Below, in pieces: positions 52,550-63,669 of a DNA stretch of 64,000 bases. The stretch comes from Rhodosorus marinus CCMP1338 (taxonomy: Eukaryota; Plantae; Rhodophyta). The stretch is from NCBI GenBank assembly GCA_029953675.1, contig JAMWBK010000001.1, positions 62,001 through 126,000 on the forward strand, in the 5' to 3' direction. The position numbers were made by a program, and so were the translations under genes. Numbering within the stretch: position 1 is the first letter of the stretch; every line of letters starts with the position of its first letter. The notes beneath the pieces were generated by a model. That model made no database searches and was not told the DNA's origin. It worked only from the letters and a program-made list of their open reading frames with translations.

Positions 52550-53668
52550 CTTAACTCGTCAAACCCACATTTTCATGCATCCACAACGGGTGATTGCATG
52601 ACACATCAGAACTCCGCACCTTCATGTCTTTAATACAAGCCAACTCCCATCCTGACCATCGCACAACGACTCGACCTCAAAAACCTTAGTACTGAACAAG
52701 CACTCCAGTCCACTCCACTCACCCGTAATAGCCGATCACTAAACATCCTCCTTGCGATCTTTCCTAAAGCTTCACGATCCTGATCATATATACCCCCCCT
52801 GATTCCTAGTACATACCATGCCATCATCTTTAACAAGATCGTCTGAAAAACATGTCTCGAGTCTTTTCAATATTGTTTCTCCCCCCGCCACTCCCACTCC
52901 TTTAACAAAAACTGTGCCTCACTAAGTCCGACTCCACGCCACAGAAGGGTTTGCGTAAAAAAGGCCAACCCCAATCAAAAATTTAATCAATTGTGGGGAC
53001 AACTTACGATTTTCAGTGTAGCCCGACTAGCCCCATCTTGAAGAATCCATCCCCCTCCGACCACTCCTCGACACATTTTTCCCCCTTTTTTGCGATAACA
53101 AAAAGGGCGTATTTTCTTCATTTTTATGAAATATATTTTTAAATATTTTAAACTAATTTCCAATCCCAACTGAAATTAAGTGTGAAACTTTGAATTATCA
53201 ATATTGGAGTAATCATTTTGGTTGGGCTAGCATTGGATCCAATGGCTTGGAGGATCTGATTCACATCCTGTCCCGTCTCTTGGCCTTTGATGTTAGTCCG
53301 GATTGAATGGAAATGGAAATGTGGCTAACGTCTTCCGACTGGTTTTTGCGGATTTTCTTTGCTTGTTGTGGAGAGAGACATGAGTCTATCTATCTTCACA
53401 GACTGGCTTCCAACTTGCACGAGAACTGCACTGGAAAGAGGTGGAAATATCCTTATGTGCTGTGTGAAGGAAGATATTCGTCTCTCTGCAAGTGAAAGAT
53501 AAGGGCGTTCCTCCAGACTCAAACCCTCCTGATGGTTCGGTGTTGCGTATGACATTTCGAATTCAGCTGAGCCATTTGCGGGCGGTAACTGCAGCCTCGA
53601 AGATTCCAAAAACGTACTAAACCTTCTGAGGGAATGGCATACCAAACAGCGAGAGGATCTTATAAAAT

Positions 53669-55153
53669 TTACAGCTTTCGAGCCACATGAGCTTCCTGGA
53701 CAATCTCCTTCCAGAACAACGGTATGTTCGGTTTGAACCAGTACTTAAGCCAATTCATAAATCCACGTCGCTTCGTAGATACGGACATATCCTGGAGGAG
53801 ATCATCGCAGTACCCGAACATGTGCCCCTGCACAACAGCACCTCTGCATTCCTCGAACGGCCAATATCTCCGTCTGTTTGCTTTAAGTTTCTCAATGTCT
53901 TCCGTCATCTCAGCAATGGTGGGCTTCAGTCTGTGGCCAGCGACCAGCTGTGCGAGCCAGACGCTTTGGATGGTCACCGTGAAGGGGGCCGCAAGCGGGG
54001 CTATATTGGAGCCCACGAAGGCCAACCGATCGATATCAGCGGGCAGTATGTTCTTGTAGATGTAGAGTCCATCTTTCTCCATGGCAACCTTCTCGGCGAT
54101 ATCTTTGTCAAACAGTTCCTGGAATCCATGTTCCCACCCAGTGGCTAATACAATGACGTCCGCTTCCGCGTCGCTACCTTCGCTCAACTTGACCGAGGAC
54201 GGTTTGATTTCTTCGACTTGATGCTTACGCACTTGCACCTTTCCGTTACGTACAGCGTCGAGGTACTTCTCATCCAGCATCGTAGTGTTGGAGCGCAAAG
54301 TTTCTTCTGCAAAACGAATGTTCGGCCAGGCACTGTAGGGGACGTTCAGCTGAATCAAAAAGATGAGCTCCATGAGTAGAGCTATGACAAGTTTCAGAGG
54401 ACGAAAGAGGGTGTGAAGCATTTGCACAGGGCCAGAGTCCAGATAGTACGGAGGCAGTATCCAACACCCGAGACGCGAGAGAAACAGAGGAGCAAGGGGT
54501 AAAGGCCCGAGCTTTTCCGGTATCGACCACATTCTCGTACGGCAGACATGGACGACCTCATCCGCTACAGCAGATGCGGCCCTGGCCGCGTCAATTCCGC
54601 TTTTACCACCGCCTATAACTACGACTTTCTTTCCGTTGAAAATGTTCGGCGACCTATACTCTGAGCTGTGGATAATTATTCCTTTGAAGCTTTCGCTGCC
54701 CAGAAATTTTATCCTCTTGGGTTTGGAGGAGAACATGCCAGTGCACACAACCAACCAGGAAAACTTCTCTACTGTAGTAGCTCCAGTATCCATATCTTCA
54801 ACGTACAGTGCCCAGACGGAATCGCTCTCCTTCTCCGCTTTCTTCACCTTCGTCCGGAACCGAAAACAGGACTGGATCTCTTGCATAGCATTAAACTCGT
54901 CCACATATTCACAAACCTCCATCATGCTCGGGAACTTGCTGACCTTCTTCCCGAACCTGATCTCTGGATACTCATACATGAACTTTGGCAACTGAACAGT
55001 TGCCTCATAGTAGTTGTCAACCCACAATCCTCCAGCGCGTTCCTGCTTCTCAAATACCACGCACTCCAACCCCCTTTTTCTCATTGCCGAACAGCATGCC
55101 GAACCAGCAATCCCTCCCCCAATGATTGCAACCCGTTCTCCAACGCTTCCCAT
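53669..55153 (-). CDS. Flavin-containing monooxygenase, copy 3
   Basis: Intronless, ATG at 55153. IGGGIAG, GGLW, FKGIIIHSSEY, VIGGGKSGID, LATGW. Confidence 0.95.
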   Translation of the reverse strand: MGSVGERVAIIGGGIAGSACCSAMRKRGLECVVFEKQERAGGLWVDNYYEATVQLPKFMYEYPEIRFGKKVSKFPSMMEVCEYVDEFNAMQEIQSCFRFRTKVKKAEKESDSVWALYVEDMDTGATTVEKFSWLVVCTGMFSSKPKRIKFLGSESFKGIIIHSSEYRSPNIFNGKKVVVIGGGKSGIDAARAASAVADEVVHVCRTRMWSIPEKLGPLPLAPLFLSRLGCWILPPYYLDSGPVQMLHTLFRPLKLVIALLMELIFLIQLNVPYSAWPNIRFAEETLRSNTTMLDEKYLDAVRNGKVQVRKHQVEEIKPSSVKLSEGSDAEADVIVLATGWEHGFQELFDKDIAEKVAMEKDGLYIYKNILPADIDRLAFVGSNIAPLAAPFTVTIQSVWLAQLVAGHRLKPTIAEMTEDIEKLKANRRRYWPFEECRGAVVQGHMFGYCDDLLQDMSVSTKRRGFMNWLKYWFKPNIPLFWKEIVQEAHVARKL

Positions 55154-55277
55154 TTTGGAGTTCAATATCAATACCCGCGCCAACTTCGTACAATCCCTAC
55201 CGTTGATTATGTCGTAACTATCCAGCCTCTCAAACAATCATTTGTATTTCCACACTCTTACAATAAGAAGCAATGAT

Positions 55278-55850
55278 CCCCTGCTCCCGATCTGGCTTTA
55301 GTCAAACGAGAAAGCCTCCGTCCTATCCAATCTCTCCATCCATGTCCGCATTACTCCCAGGGCTTGCAAATTGTACACCTGCTTGCCAATCTATTCTAAA
55401 CTCAATCCTTTGCACTTCTACGGTCTTGCAATGACAAGAAATGCTCCCCTGCTCACGATCTGGCTTTGGTCAACGTAATAGCCTGCCTTTTGTTCACACC
55501 AAACCCGAAATACCCTCCACATCCCCACTTCCGCGAAGAACGCTCAAGTGTGACCCCACACCAAAAATTGTACGCCTGCTTGCCAATCTATTCTAAACTC
55601 CTTCATCGTACAGTTTGAAGTTCACCAATCGAGTTGGAACCCAGAGTGTGGATTTTAGGTCAACAAGATAGCCTGTCTTTTGTTCACCCCAAACCGGAAT
55701 AACCTGCACATCCACTGCCTCGTAACTCCCTGCTTTGACCAGACACCAGGACCCTAAACTGTAGCACCTGCCGATCTATTCTAATCTCCTTCCTCGTACT
55801 GTTTTGTAGTTCACAAATCGAGGGAACCCCGAGTGCAGATTTAGGATTGG
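55278..55850. repeat. Degenerate tandem repeat, ~170-197-bp unit, about 3 copies
   Basis: cccctgctc.cgatctggcttt.gtcaa at 55278 and 55446; aaattgtac.cctgcttgccaatctattctaaactc at 55368, 55565 and (degenerate) 55756; tagcctg.cttttgttcac.ccaaacc.gaa twice. Confidence 0.85.
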
Positions 55851-55920
55851 TGCGAAAGAGCGGGAACGGAGGAGGGGTAACGAAACTCATGGATGTGTAT
55901 ATAGAGCAGGTCTTGAGTGA

Positions 55921-56220
55921 TGTTGGTTTTAACGTAATCGCAGATTGATCCGGTCTCGATCATACTTTCTCAACTTTGCCATGTCACTCGGGGAGCCGCT
56001 TTTTGTCGACTTGTTTGGATGTTCTAAGCTGCGGTGCTGTAAACGCGACGGCGGACTCTGAATCGAGCAAAAGTGTTGAGTTCGGTCCTTGAACTTTGTT
56101 TGAATGCTTCTGTACGATATTACGAAGTTTTGTCCACTCCGTTTTAGATAATTAACTCTCAGTGGAGCATTGGGATGTTCGAGACTAGGCAAGAAACGTA
56201 TACCCCCAGCTTCAGGAGAC
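55921..56220 (-). mobile_element. Ty1/Copia RNase H relic
   Basis: One frame with stops reads WGYTFLA*SRTSQCSTES*LSKTEWTKLRNIV..PNSTLLLDSESAVAF..RTSKQVDKK..GKVEKV*SRPDQSAITLKP. This parallels the Copia GY.F..ST.EAEY..EA.WLR..PT.L..DNQSAI..R.KHID..DQ.AD..TKP pattern. Confidence 0.6.
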
Positions 56221-56660
56221 CATGCCAGCTGCTTGATCATGTACTCCGGCCAAGATTCCCTGCCATAGCCGAAGGGGTCCCAGCGATTCTCTAAATCATC
56301 AATAATTACGCCGCAGGGTTTCTGACCCCATGGCACCTGCCAGTAGCTGCAGAAGCCCATATTTCACCTGGTTGTTCGCCTACCCCGCACAAGTCGAGAG
56401 AATCAGAAGCAGTCGCTCCTGAAGAGGTCTGGTGGCCGATAATGCGTGAGGAACCCCTTCAACTAGCATTCTTTCCGAGTTCGGAATAGGCGAGTAGTGC
56501 TAGAACCAGTGTTGTTAGTCTGGGGTTGTTGTTTACGGGCACAGCAGCCGCAATCTATTCTTTCCCGTGCAAGGGATACGATCAATGCACACTTCGGTGG
56601 CGAGCTGATGCTTGAGAAATCCGTCTTTCTTTTGTGGTATTCGCAGCTCAGCCCGGACTC

Positions 56661-57335
56661 TTACCCGTACAATTCTTCAGAGGCCCTTCTTATAGGATTC
56701 GAGAAGATCGTGAAAGCCTTTGCCCTTCTTTTGCGGGGTGCGTTTGTTCTTGTCTGTTTCGCACGTCCTTTCGACGGAGATCCTCGCGTCGATCTCTTGC
56801 GTAAGGGTTGAGTCTCATCTGTTTCAATTCTACCCGGGACGAACCCTGAGGTGTCCTCATCACGCTGGGCAGGTTCTTGTTGACCTTTGTCTGCCGTGAA
56901 CCCTGAGGAGTCGTCATCGCTTTCCAAAATGAGCGTACCATTGTGACAACCACACGCACACTCAGAACAACGTGCATGCTCAGTCAGGACCACCCTTTTC
57001 GCCGAATGGTACTCGGCCAGGAGTGGGCAGATTCGTAATGCTTTGAGTTTCAACTTGAGCGGGCAGTCCTCCACCTCATATCCGTTCTTGCGAAGGAGTT
57101 CCATCGCACTGGTGTACTCCAGTGCCATCTGCTTAAGTCGACGAAGGACTTGATCCCTATCCACCGTCCTGGAAAGGTCCTCCTCGATTCTCTCTTTTAT
57201 GTCGTCCGCTAAACCTGTAACGCTTCGCATTTGATGCAGCCCAAAGCGAATCAACAGGTACTCGCAAACATAGTTCAGATCCTTCATCAAGAACAAGAAC
57301 CGGTTCTCCACAATACTCGTCCATTTGCTCGACAT
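56661..57335 (-). CDS. Open ORF (224 aa), Copia Gag-like N-terminal domain plus basic tail
   Basis: ATG at 57335. EYTSAMELLRKNGYEVED..KALRICPLLAEYHSAKRVV resembles the retrotransposon gag_2 (L...G..V.D....LL..LP..Y) pattern. Lies upstream of, and co-oriented with, the RNase H relic. Confidence 0.45.
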   Translation of the reverse strand: MSSKWTSIVENRFLFLMKDLNYVCEYLLIRFGLHQMRSVTGLADDIKERIEEDLSRTVDRDQVLRRLKQMALEYTSAMELLRKNGYEVEDCPLKLKLKALRICPLLAEYHSAKRVVLTEHARCSECACGCHNGTLILESDDDSSGFTADKGQQEPAQRDEDTSGFVPGRIETDETQPLRKRSTRGSPSKGRAKQTRTNAPRKRRAKAFTIFSNPIRRASEELYG

Positions 57336-59146
57336 AGTATACCAACCTCGTGTCTCTTGGAAGTCCACCCCTCTGCACTGTATCATATAAACTCGACGAG
57401 CCCCAGAACAATCCGATCAGCCTCTGTCAGGCCACCGCTTTCCTCTGGCACCTCCCACACCTCGAACCCTACACTTGAGGGCCACCCACTCGCGCACATC
57501 CGAAGAACATCAGCTGCGTTTTCCTGGGTCCCCGGAAAATCAGTCTTTAAAGTATATTTTGATTGAAAATAAATATTTATGTATTTTAGAACGGCTTTTC
57601 TGGCTAAAACAGATTGAGGTCGAATGACACTAAAGGATTCAGTTCATCGAGGATCGGCTTTTCTCGAAAAATGGATATAAATCTATACAAGCGGACGGCA
57701 GTTTGAGATTGGGCTGGATGCACTTTATTTCGGACGCATCTTGTTGTCGTTTGTATTGGTTGGATCTAAGCCAATGGTACAATCTCTATTACGCGGTAAA
57801 TCTTTTGATTCGCTATGAAAGTAGTTTTTATTTATAATTTATTAACCTTTTCCTAGACTCATACGAATCTATTGGTTCTTTTCAAAAAAGCAGCCTAGTA
57901 GTACTTCTTCAAGTAAGGGTTGAAAAGACGCCTACCGAAAGTAACGAGGGGGAACGCTTTAGCGCTGTTTTCGTGTGGGAGCTGCTTGCTACATCTTTCC
58001 GATGCAAAGAACTTGAACAAATCCTCCGATCAGCTCTGAATGTCGTGTGGGTTCCAAGTCGGATGGGAAACTGCTAGCAAAATCCTCCTCAGTGCCCCCT
58101 AGCCTAATCGGTCTGTTCGATTGCTTCCGCTTGTCCGTTTTCTCTATACATACACATGCCTCTGTATGCATAGAAGGAAGAGGCGCTCTGTAAGTCCCTC
58201 GGGCTCTCAAAGTTTGGCCAGTGGGTGACTCCCCTATTTCAGTTGTATCGAGACGCTTTTCTCGACATCATCCTATGCCAACCCCACCGGTTCCACATGA
58301 AGAGCTCGCCACTCATCCTCGACAGCATGACCCAGTGGGAAGGAAAAAAAAACAACACAACCCTGTTTTGTTTTTTGAAAATATATTTCATATCACTTGC
58401 TCACCGTGTATAGCACAAAAACAAAATAGTATTTTGTTAGAAAAGACTTTGACAGGTTTTTAAGTTTCGTGATATTTTAAATCCAGATTCTGAAAATCGC
58501 GCCCGTACCGCTAGAGACTCAATTAATTGCAGCGAAGTCTGATCTGGTTAAAGCCGGTAAAATCAACGACCCCTGTTGATATTCCTCTGTGAGTAAGGGA
58601 TTTCCAATAGAATCAATGCCTAAATGAAGTAACAATAGTTGCGGAAGGGGTAGGGAGAATTGGGAGGAAAGTCAATTTGAGCAGTGGTCAATAACATCAA
58701 AGGAAAACCTGATTTCATAGTCGTCAACGGTTATCGTTTGCAGGTCGATAGAGCTTGTGGTCCATGAAAGCCCATTTGCCTTGATGTGACACGTGAATTT
58801 TAGGGCATGAATGGCTTCTGTGTACAACATCGTTCAACGCGATAGCCTTGGGTTTCTGGGCCAAGCGGCAGGGACAACAAATGCTTTGCAATCAAGTGAC
58901 AAGTGGGCGAGTTAGAATGACCGACACGGGTCTTGGTCATGGTTGAGGTCGCATTTTTTTTGTTCATTGAGCGCTGAAGACCTGGAGCTGCTCTGTCTCT
59001 TGATATTTGCTTCGATTAAATTCCCAGTTTATTCTTTTCATTAATTTGGTATCAAGCAGGCACACATTGCATGTTCCCGGCTTCAAAATTCCCTGACAGC
59101 TTTCCCATCAACACGCACTAAGATGGGCCTTGAAACAACGCCGATC

Positions 59147-60658
59147 TCAACAGAGTTCCTTTTCGTGGAAGGACATTGCCGTGCCTTGATCAAGAGCCTT
59201 TTTAAGCAGCACGGGGTCGTGAGGCGAGAGGTAGTGCTCAATCCAACCAAGAATACCCGCGTTTCTCTTCGGATTCATACCCATATCCGTCAAGAGGTCA
59301 TCATGGTACGCCGCCTGCTGCAGCTGTACAAAACCTGCCCTATGCTCACATTCGTTAATAAGCCCTCTCCTTGACTTCTTCATATTCTCGACGTCCTGCT
59401 CCATTTCCTTCTTTGAAGGTTTCTTGAAATCCTCGCAAAGCCAACCCACCAGCCACCGCGCCTGAAGATCAAAGGTCACGGGATTCATAAACGAGCTCGC
59501 ATGGCCAATGAAAGCAAAATTCTCAACATTCGGTGAAATGATATGTTTGTACACCCAGATCCCGTCCTTCTCCGCCTTCAGCCTTTTCAGGAGATCATCG
59601 TTCAAGGGTTTAACGGATCGTTTCCACCCTGTACCAAGAATAATAACGTCAGCGTCCACCTCTTCGCCAGTTGATAAACGCAGCGACTTGCGCCCAATCT
59701 CGTTGATCCCTCCCACGCGTACATCAATGGCTCCCCTTCGGACAGCCTGGAGGTATGGCTTTGGAACGAGGCAAATCGAGGAAGAGAGCAGGTCTTCGTT
59801 GAATTTCGATTTTGGCCACAGCCGAGGTGGTAGCCGATAGTTCGTCAAGAGCATGGCCTCGAGTAAGCGGAAGTAAACCCATGAAAACGGAGACGCAATG
59901 CGATGGAGCGCTTTGGATAGCTCGGAGTCTCCGTAATACGGCGCCAAGAGTTTCCCGAACAGGCGAGAAGACAGGATCTTAAACGCAGGAAAAACACCAA
60001 TGGTATTGTGGGTCATCCATTGTCGATGCCGTGAGACCTGGACGACACTCTCGGCATTCTCAGACGCGTTAACGGCCACATCCAACGCGCTTTTCCCGTT
60101 ACCCACTACCACCACTTTCTTCCCCTTGAATAAGTCTGGGGACCTCCATTTCGAGGTGTGCATGATCTCCCCCTCAAATTTGTCTTGCCCAGGAAAAGTT
60201 GGTACGTTGGGTTTGCCCGAGAAGAGACCAGTGCAAATCACTAGGAAGTCAAATACCTCAGTTCTCGACTCGGACAGCTTCATATCCTTCACCGTGATGC
60301 TCCATCGCATGTCTTCATTCTGCTCCATCTGAAGCACTTCGTGGTTAAACCGGAAGTACGCTCGGAGGTTGAGCTCGTCCACAACATTGTCAAGATACTC
60401 ACAAATCTCGTCCTTGTCGGGATAGTCGGCAACCTCCTCTTTGTGTTCCAAGTCTATAAACCGATAGAGCTTTTTTGTTTCTTGCGCCCCGGCCTTGTAG
60501 TAGTTGTCCGCCCAAAGACCTCCAACCTTGCTCTGCTTTTCAAAGGCCAAACAATCTATCCCACGTTTTCGTAGTTCCTTTACAGTTGCAACGCCTGAAA
60601 CTCCAGCCCCAATTACCGCGACTCTACCTTTCTCAACAGAAAAGCACCCAGGAGCCAT
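59147..60658 (-). CDS. Flavin-containing monooxygenase, copy 4 (FxGxxxHxxxW fingerprint)
   Basis: Intronless, 503 aa. IGAGVSG, GGLW, FEGEIMHTSKW, VVGNGKSALD, LGTGW. Confidence 0.95.
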   Translation of the reverse strand: MAPGCFSVEKGRVAVIGAGVSGVATVKELRKRGIDCLAFEKQSKVGGLWADNYYKAGAQETKKLYRFIDLEHKEEVADYPDKDEICEYLDNVVDELNLRAYFRFNHEVLQMEQNEDMRWSITVKDMKLSESRTEVFDFLVICTGLFSGKPNVPTFPGQDKFEGEIMHTSKWRSPDLFKGKKVVVVGNGKSALDVAVNASENAESVVQVSRHRQWMTHNTIGVFPAFKILSSRLFGKLLAPYYGDSELSKALHRIASPFSWVYFRLLEAMLLTNYRLPPRLWPKSKFNEDLLSSSICLVPKPYLQAVRRGAIDVRVGGINEIGRKSLRLSTGEEVDADVIILGTGWKRSVKPLNDDLLKRLKAEKDGIWVYKHIISPNVENFAFIGHASSFMNPVTFDLQARWLVGWLCEDFKKPSKKEMEQDVENMKKSRRGLINECEHRAGFVQLQQAAYHDDLLTDMGMNPKRNAGILGWIEHYLSPHDPVLLKKALDQGTAMSFHEKELC

Positions 60659-63600
60659 AACTGATTTGTTCTGTCAGAATCTTAACAAACCTTTTGCGGC
60701 CCAACGAGAGAAAAAAAAAAGTGAGCAAACAGAGTCTTGAATGCATAGGTCTACCCTGGTTCTTCTTCAGTCGCTCCCCAAACCCCCATCCCCCACCGGA
60801 CTCTCGCCCCCTTTCCCGAAACATGGGAAGAAAGATGTGTCCCATTTATCAGAATGCCCTTGAACAGACCTATCAAAGTTGCCAATGATTCATGTCCCGT
60901 CAGGTCCACTCATGTCCATTCGAGAGACTTTTTCACACCCTCCTCAAAAATTCATTTCTAATACTGCGACTCCTATCAAAAGCAAAAGTTGTCCAAAATC
61001 CAACCTATAACCCCCCCTGGCACAAATGGCATTTGTTTAGCCAAATAGGTTTTACCCCCCTTCTAATGGAGGATGGGCTTTCTAAAGCACAAGCTTGTGG
61101 GAGCACGTCATTTGCTTTCTCGTTGTGAGTCTACCCAGAAATTTCATCGTTTGTAAGATACGATCTGCCCCGTCAGTGGCCTCAAAAACAAAGCAAATTC
61201 AGAAAATTCAGAAACAAGGCAAAACTGTATGGAAATAAATGGGTTTGCGCAAATGCAGAAAATCAGCGAAAAATGATAGACGTGAACTTGTACATAGAAC
61301 AAGCAAGCGCATCAGAATAAGCTTCTAGGGTTCTTTAAATTACACCTACATTTTGGGTTATCAGCCTTGTTTTAGGGCACATACATGTGATTGGCATCAA
61401 GAAAGTATATTTAGAACGCATCATAGCCAAAATATATATAAAAAAGTATACAGAGTGAATGCCTATTGTACTCGTACAATTTATTGAAATTTGTTCAAGT
61501 GCCGGATGCGTTAACCCCGTGGAGCGGGGGGGTAGAGTATACTACCTACTCAAACTCGCTTTCAACTCATGAGCTGTAACCTAGGGGGTATGTAGACCTG
61601 GGTCCTAGTGCAATAGAACAGTATCTTCCGATAAATTATCCCGCTGCGAGATATTTTTTATTCTTTCAAGGTCGAGAGGATCGATGGTATAGTTAAAATT
61701 TGCACCGTATTTTGCTCCTTTTTTGTAATAAACGATATTAAACCTCCAGAATCAAAGACTTGATGAATATATCGCTTCCTTATAGCGACAATATCACTGA
61801 GTTGCAACGGAGAAACCAGACTAAAATAAGAGAAAGAAAATACTGGGTCAAAGCTGAGCCTACATTATTGTTTTTGGTTTCAAATTTTATGAGATGTGGG
61901 TTTATTTACGAGCAATTTAGGGAAAAGATGTGGTAGCGCGAGGATTATTCCAACCGACTCAAACTGTTGCATGAAAAACTACCAAGGGGACATTTTATTA
62001 CATTAATGTTACTTCGCCCTATTATATTATTTTATATTTTAGAGAAAAAACGATCCCGAAAGACTGGGATGATTTTATTGCCGTGAAATGCATAAAACCA
62101 CCGCTTTTTCGTCTCACCTCCTCGAGATCGATTGCTGCGCAAGCGATGGTTAAGCTGTGATGCTGGACAACGTTTTCAAACGTTTGGCTGGCAGCAAATT
62201 TCGCTTCTAGTGGGATTATTCATTGGCTTCAGATCTCTGCGTACTCTGAACCATGGAACCAAAAAAGCCGATCTCATCAAGGCTCTTTGTCGGTGATGAA
62301 TGGAGACTGCCTTAAAACCCGATCTTTGGTCGGGTGATGGTCTGCGAAACTGAACTAGCTTTATGGTTCACAGCTTCGCTTCGCTCAGAAGGGTATCATG
62401 CCACTTGATGCAACTGTACGAGACCTGCTCTCATCTAGCGATACTGAATGCACTCGTCCCGACTTCTTCGCATTCTATGCGTCCCCTTCCTCTTCAGATG
62501 GCTCTGGAAAATGATCCATGAACCACTCCCCGAGCCAAAACGCCTCAAGGGTGGGGTTAGGGAGTCCACAAACACACTAGCACCGACATGGAAGCACTGT
62601 GACTGTACGAAACCAGCTGTCAACTCTCAACCGTTGACGATGCGCCTGTTCGACTTGTCCGTGTTCTCAAAATCTTGTTCCGTTTCCGTCTTCCAGGAAA
62701 AACATCGCTAGAGCCATCCCACCAGAACGCCTTCCTCGGGATCCGAAGTTTTGCGAAATACACATTGGTATCTCATATTTCGAGGAAGATCAAAGGCCCT
62801 CGGCCTCAAGGGCCGTGTCCAGAGGCCCAATGGACGGAAAGCTGTGGACATGTGGTGGAATGATGTTCTTGTACCGCATAATTTCTCCACAGGCTTGCAG
62901 TATTCCTCCAGCTGTTCCAAGGATACTTGGATTGCGACAAATTCCTCCAATTCCTCGTCCACGTCCTCGTTGTCATCAGAAAGCGGGAGATGGTGGCGGC
63001 TGGTCACACGTGCCGCCTCGCTCCGCCGGGCCCTATCTCTATCTCATTCTCCTGGGCGTCCACACCGACCCGACTCTGTTCTGCCTTCGGGCGTCTACAG
63101 CTAACTCCATATTGATAAGAGTCGTTGGCAGAGATTCGTGCGGTAGAAGGATCCCTCCAAAGTTTTTCCCTGTTTCGAGCATCGACGAAATCGTCAACGG
63201 GGTTAGTCGCAGCCCTGAACTCTACGAGACAGCCTTGCCGATAGGTCAGGCGATCGTCGAGATGCTTATGGACAACCATGGATGTCGCGAAAGGCAACAC
63301 CGTCAGGTGGTTGCGAAGTCAGAAGACCGTGCACCAAGCTCATTTTTATGTTAATGCACAAGTTGTTCAAATACTTCGGCGCCAACATATGAAACTCTTT
63401 GCTTCTGAACGGCTAGGGTTCATTTGGTGGAGGATAAGTACCGCGGAAAGCTCGTGCGATTTGCAGTACGATGCTTAACTGTATTACGCACGGTCGCGAC
63501 AGTGTACAGTTCTTTGATTCTCGACTCCCTCATGGAGCGAGCTCAGCCACAATTCCCAGGACATTACGAATATGAGCACATCCACTGTGGTTCAGTGGAT

Positions 63601-63669
63601 ATGCTCAAGGCGCTTTTAAAAGAGTGTGATATGGCTACATATGTACAAAGACTTCTTGTCCTACTAGCT

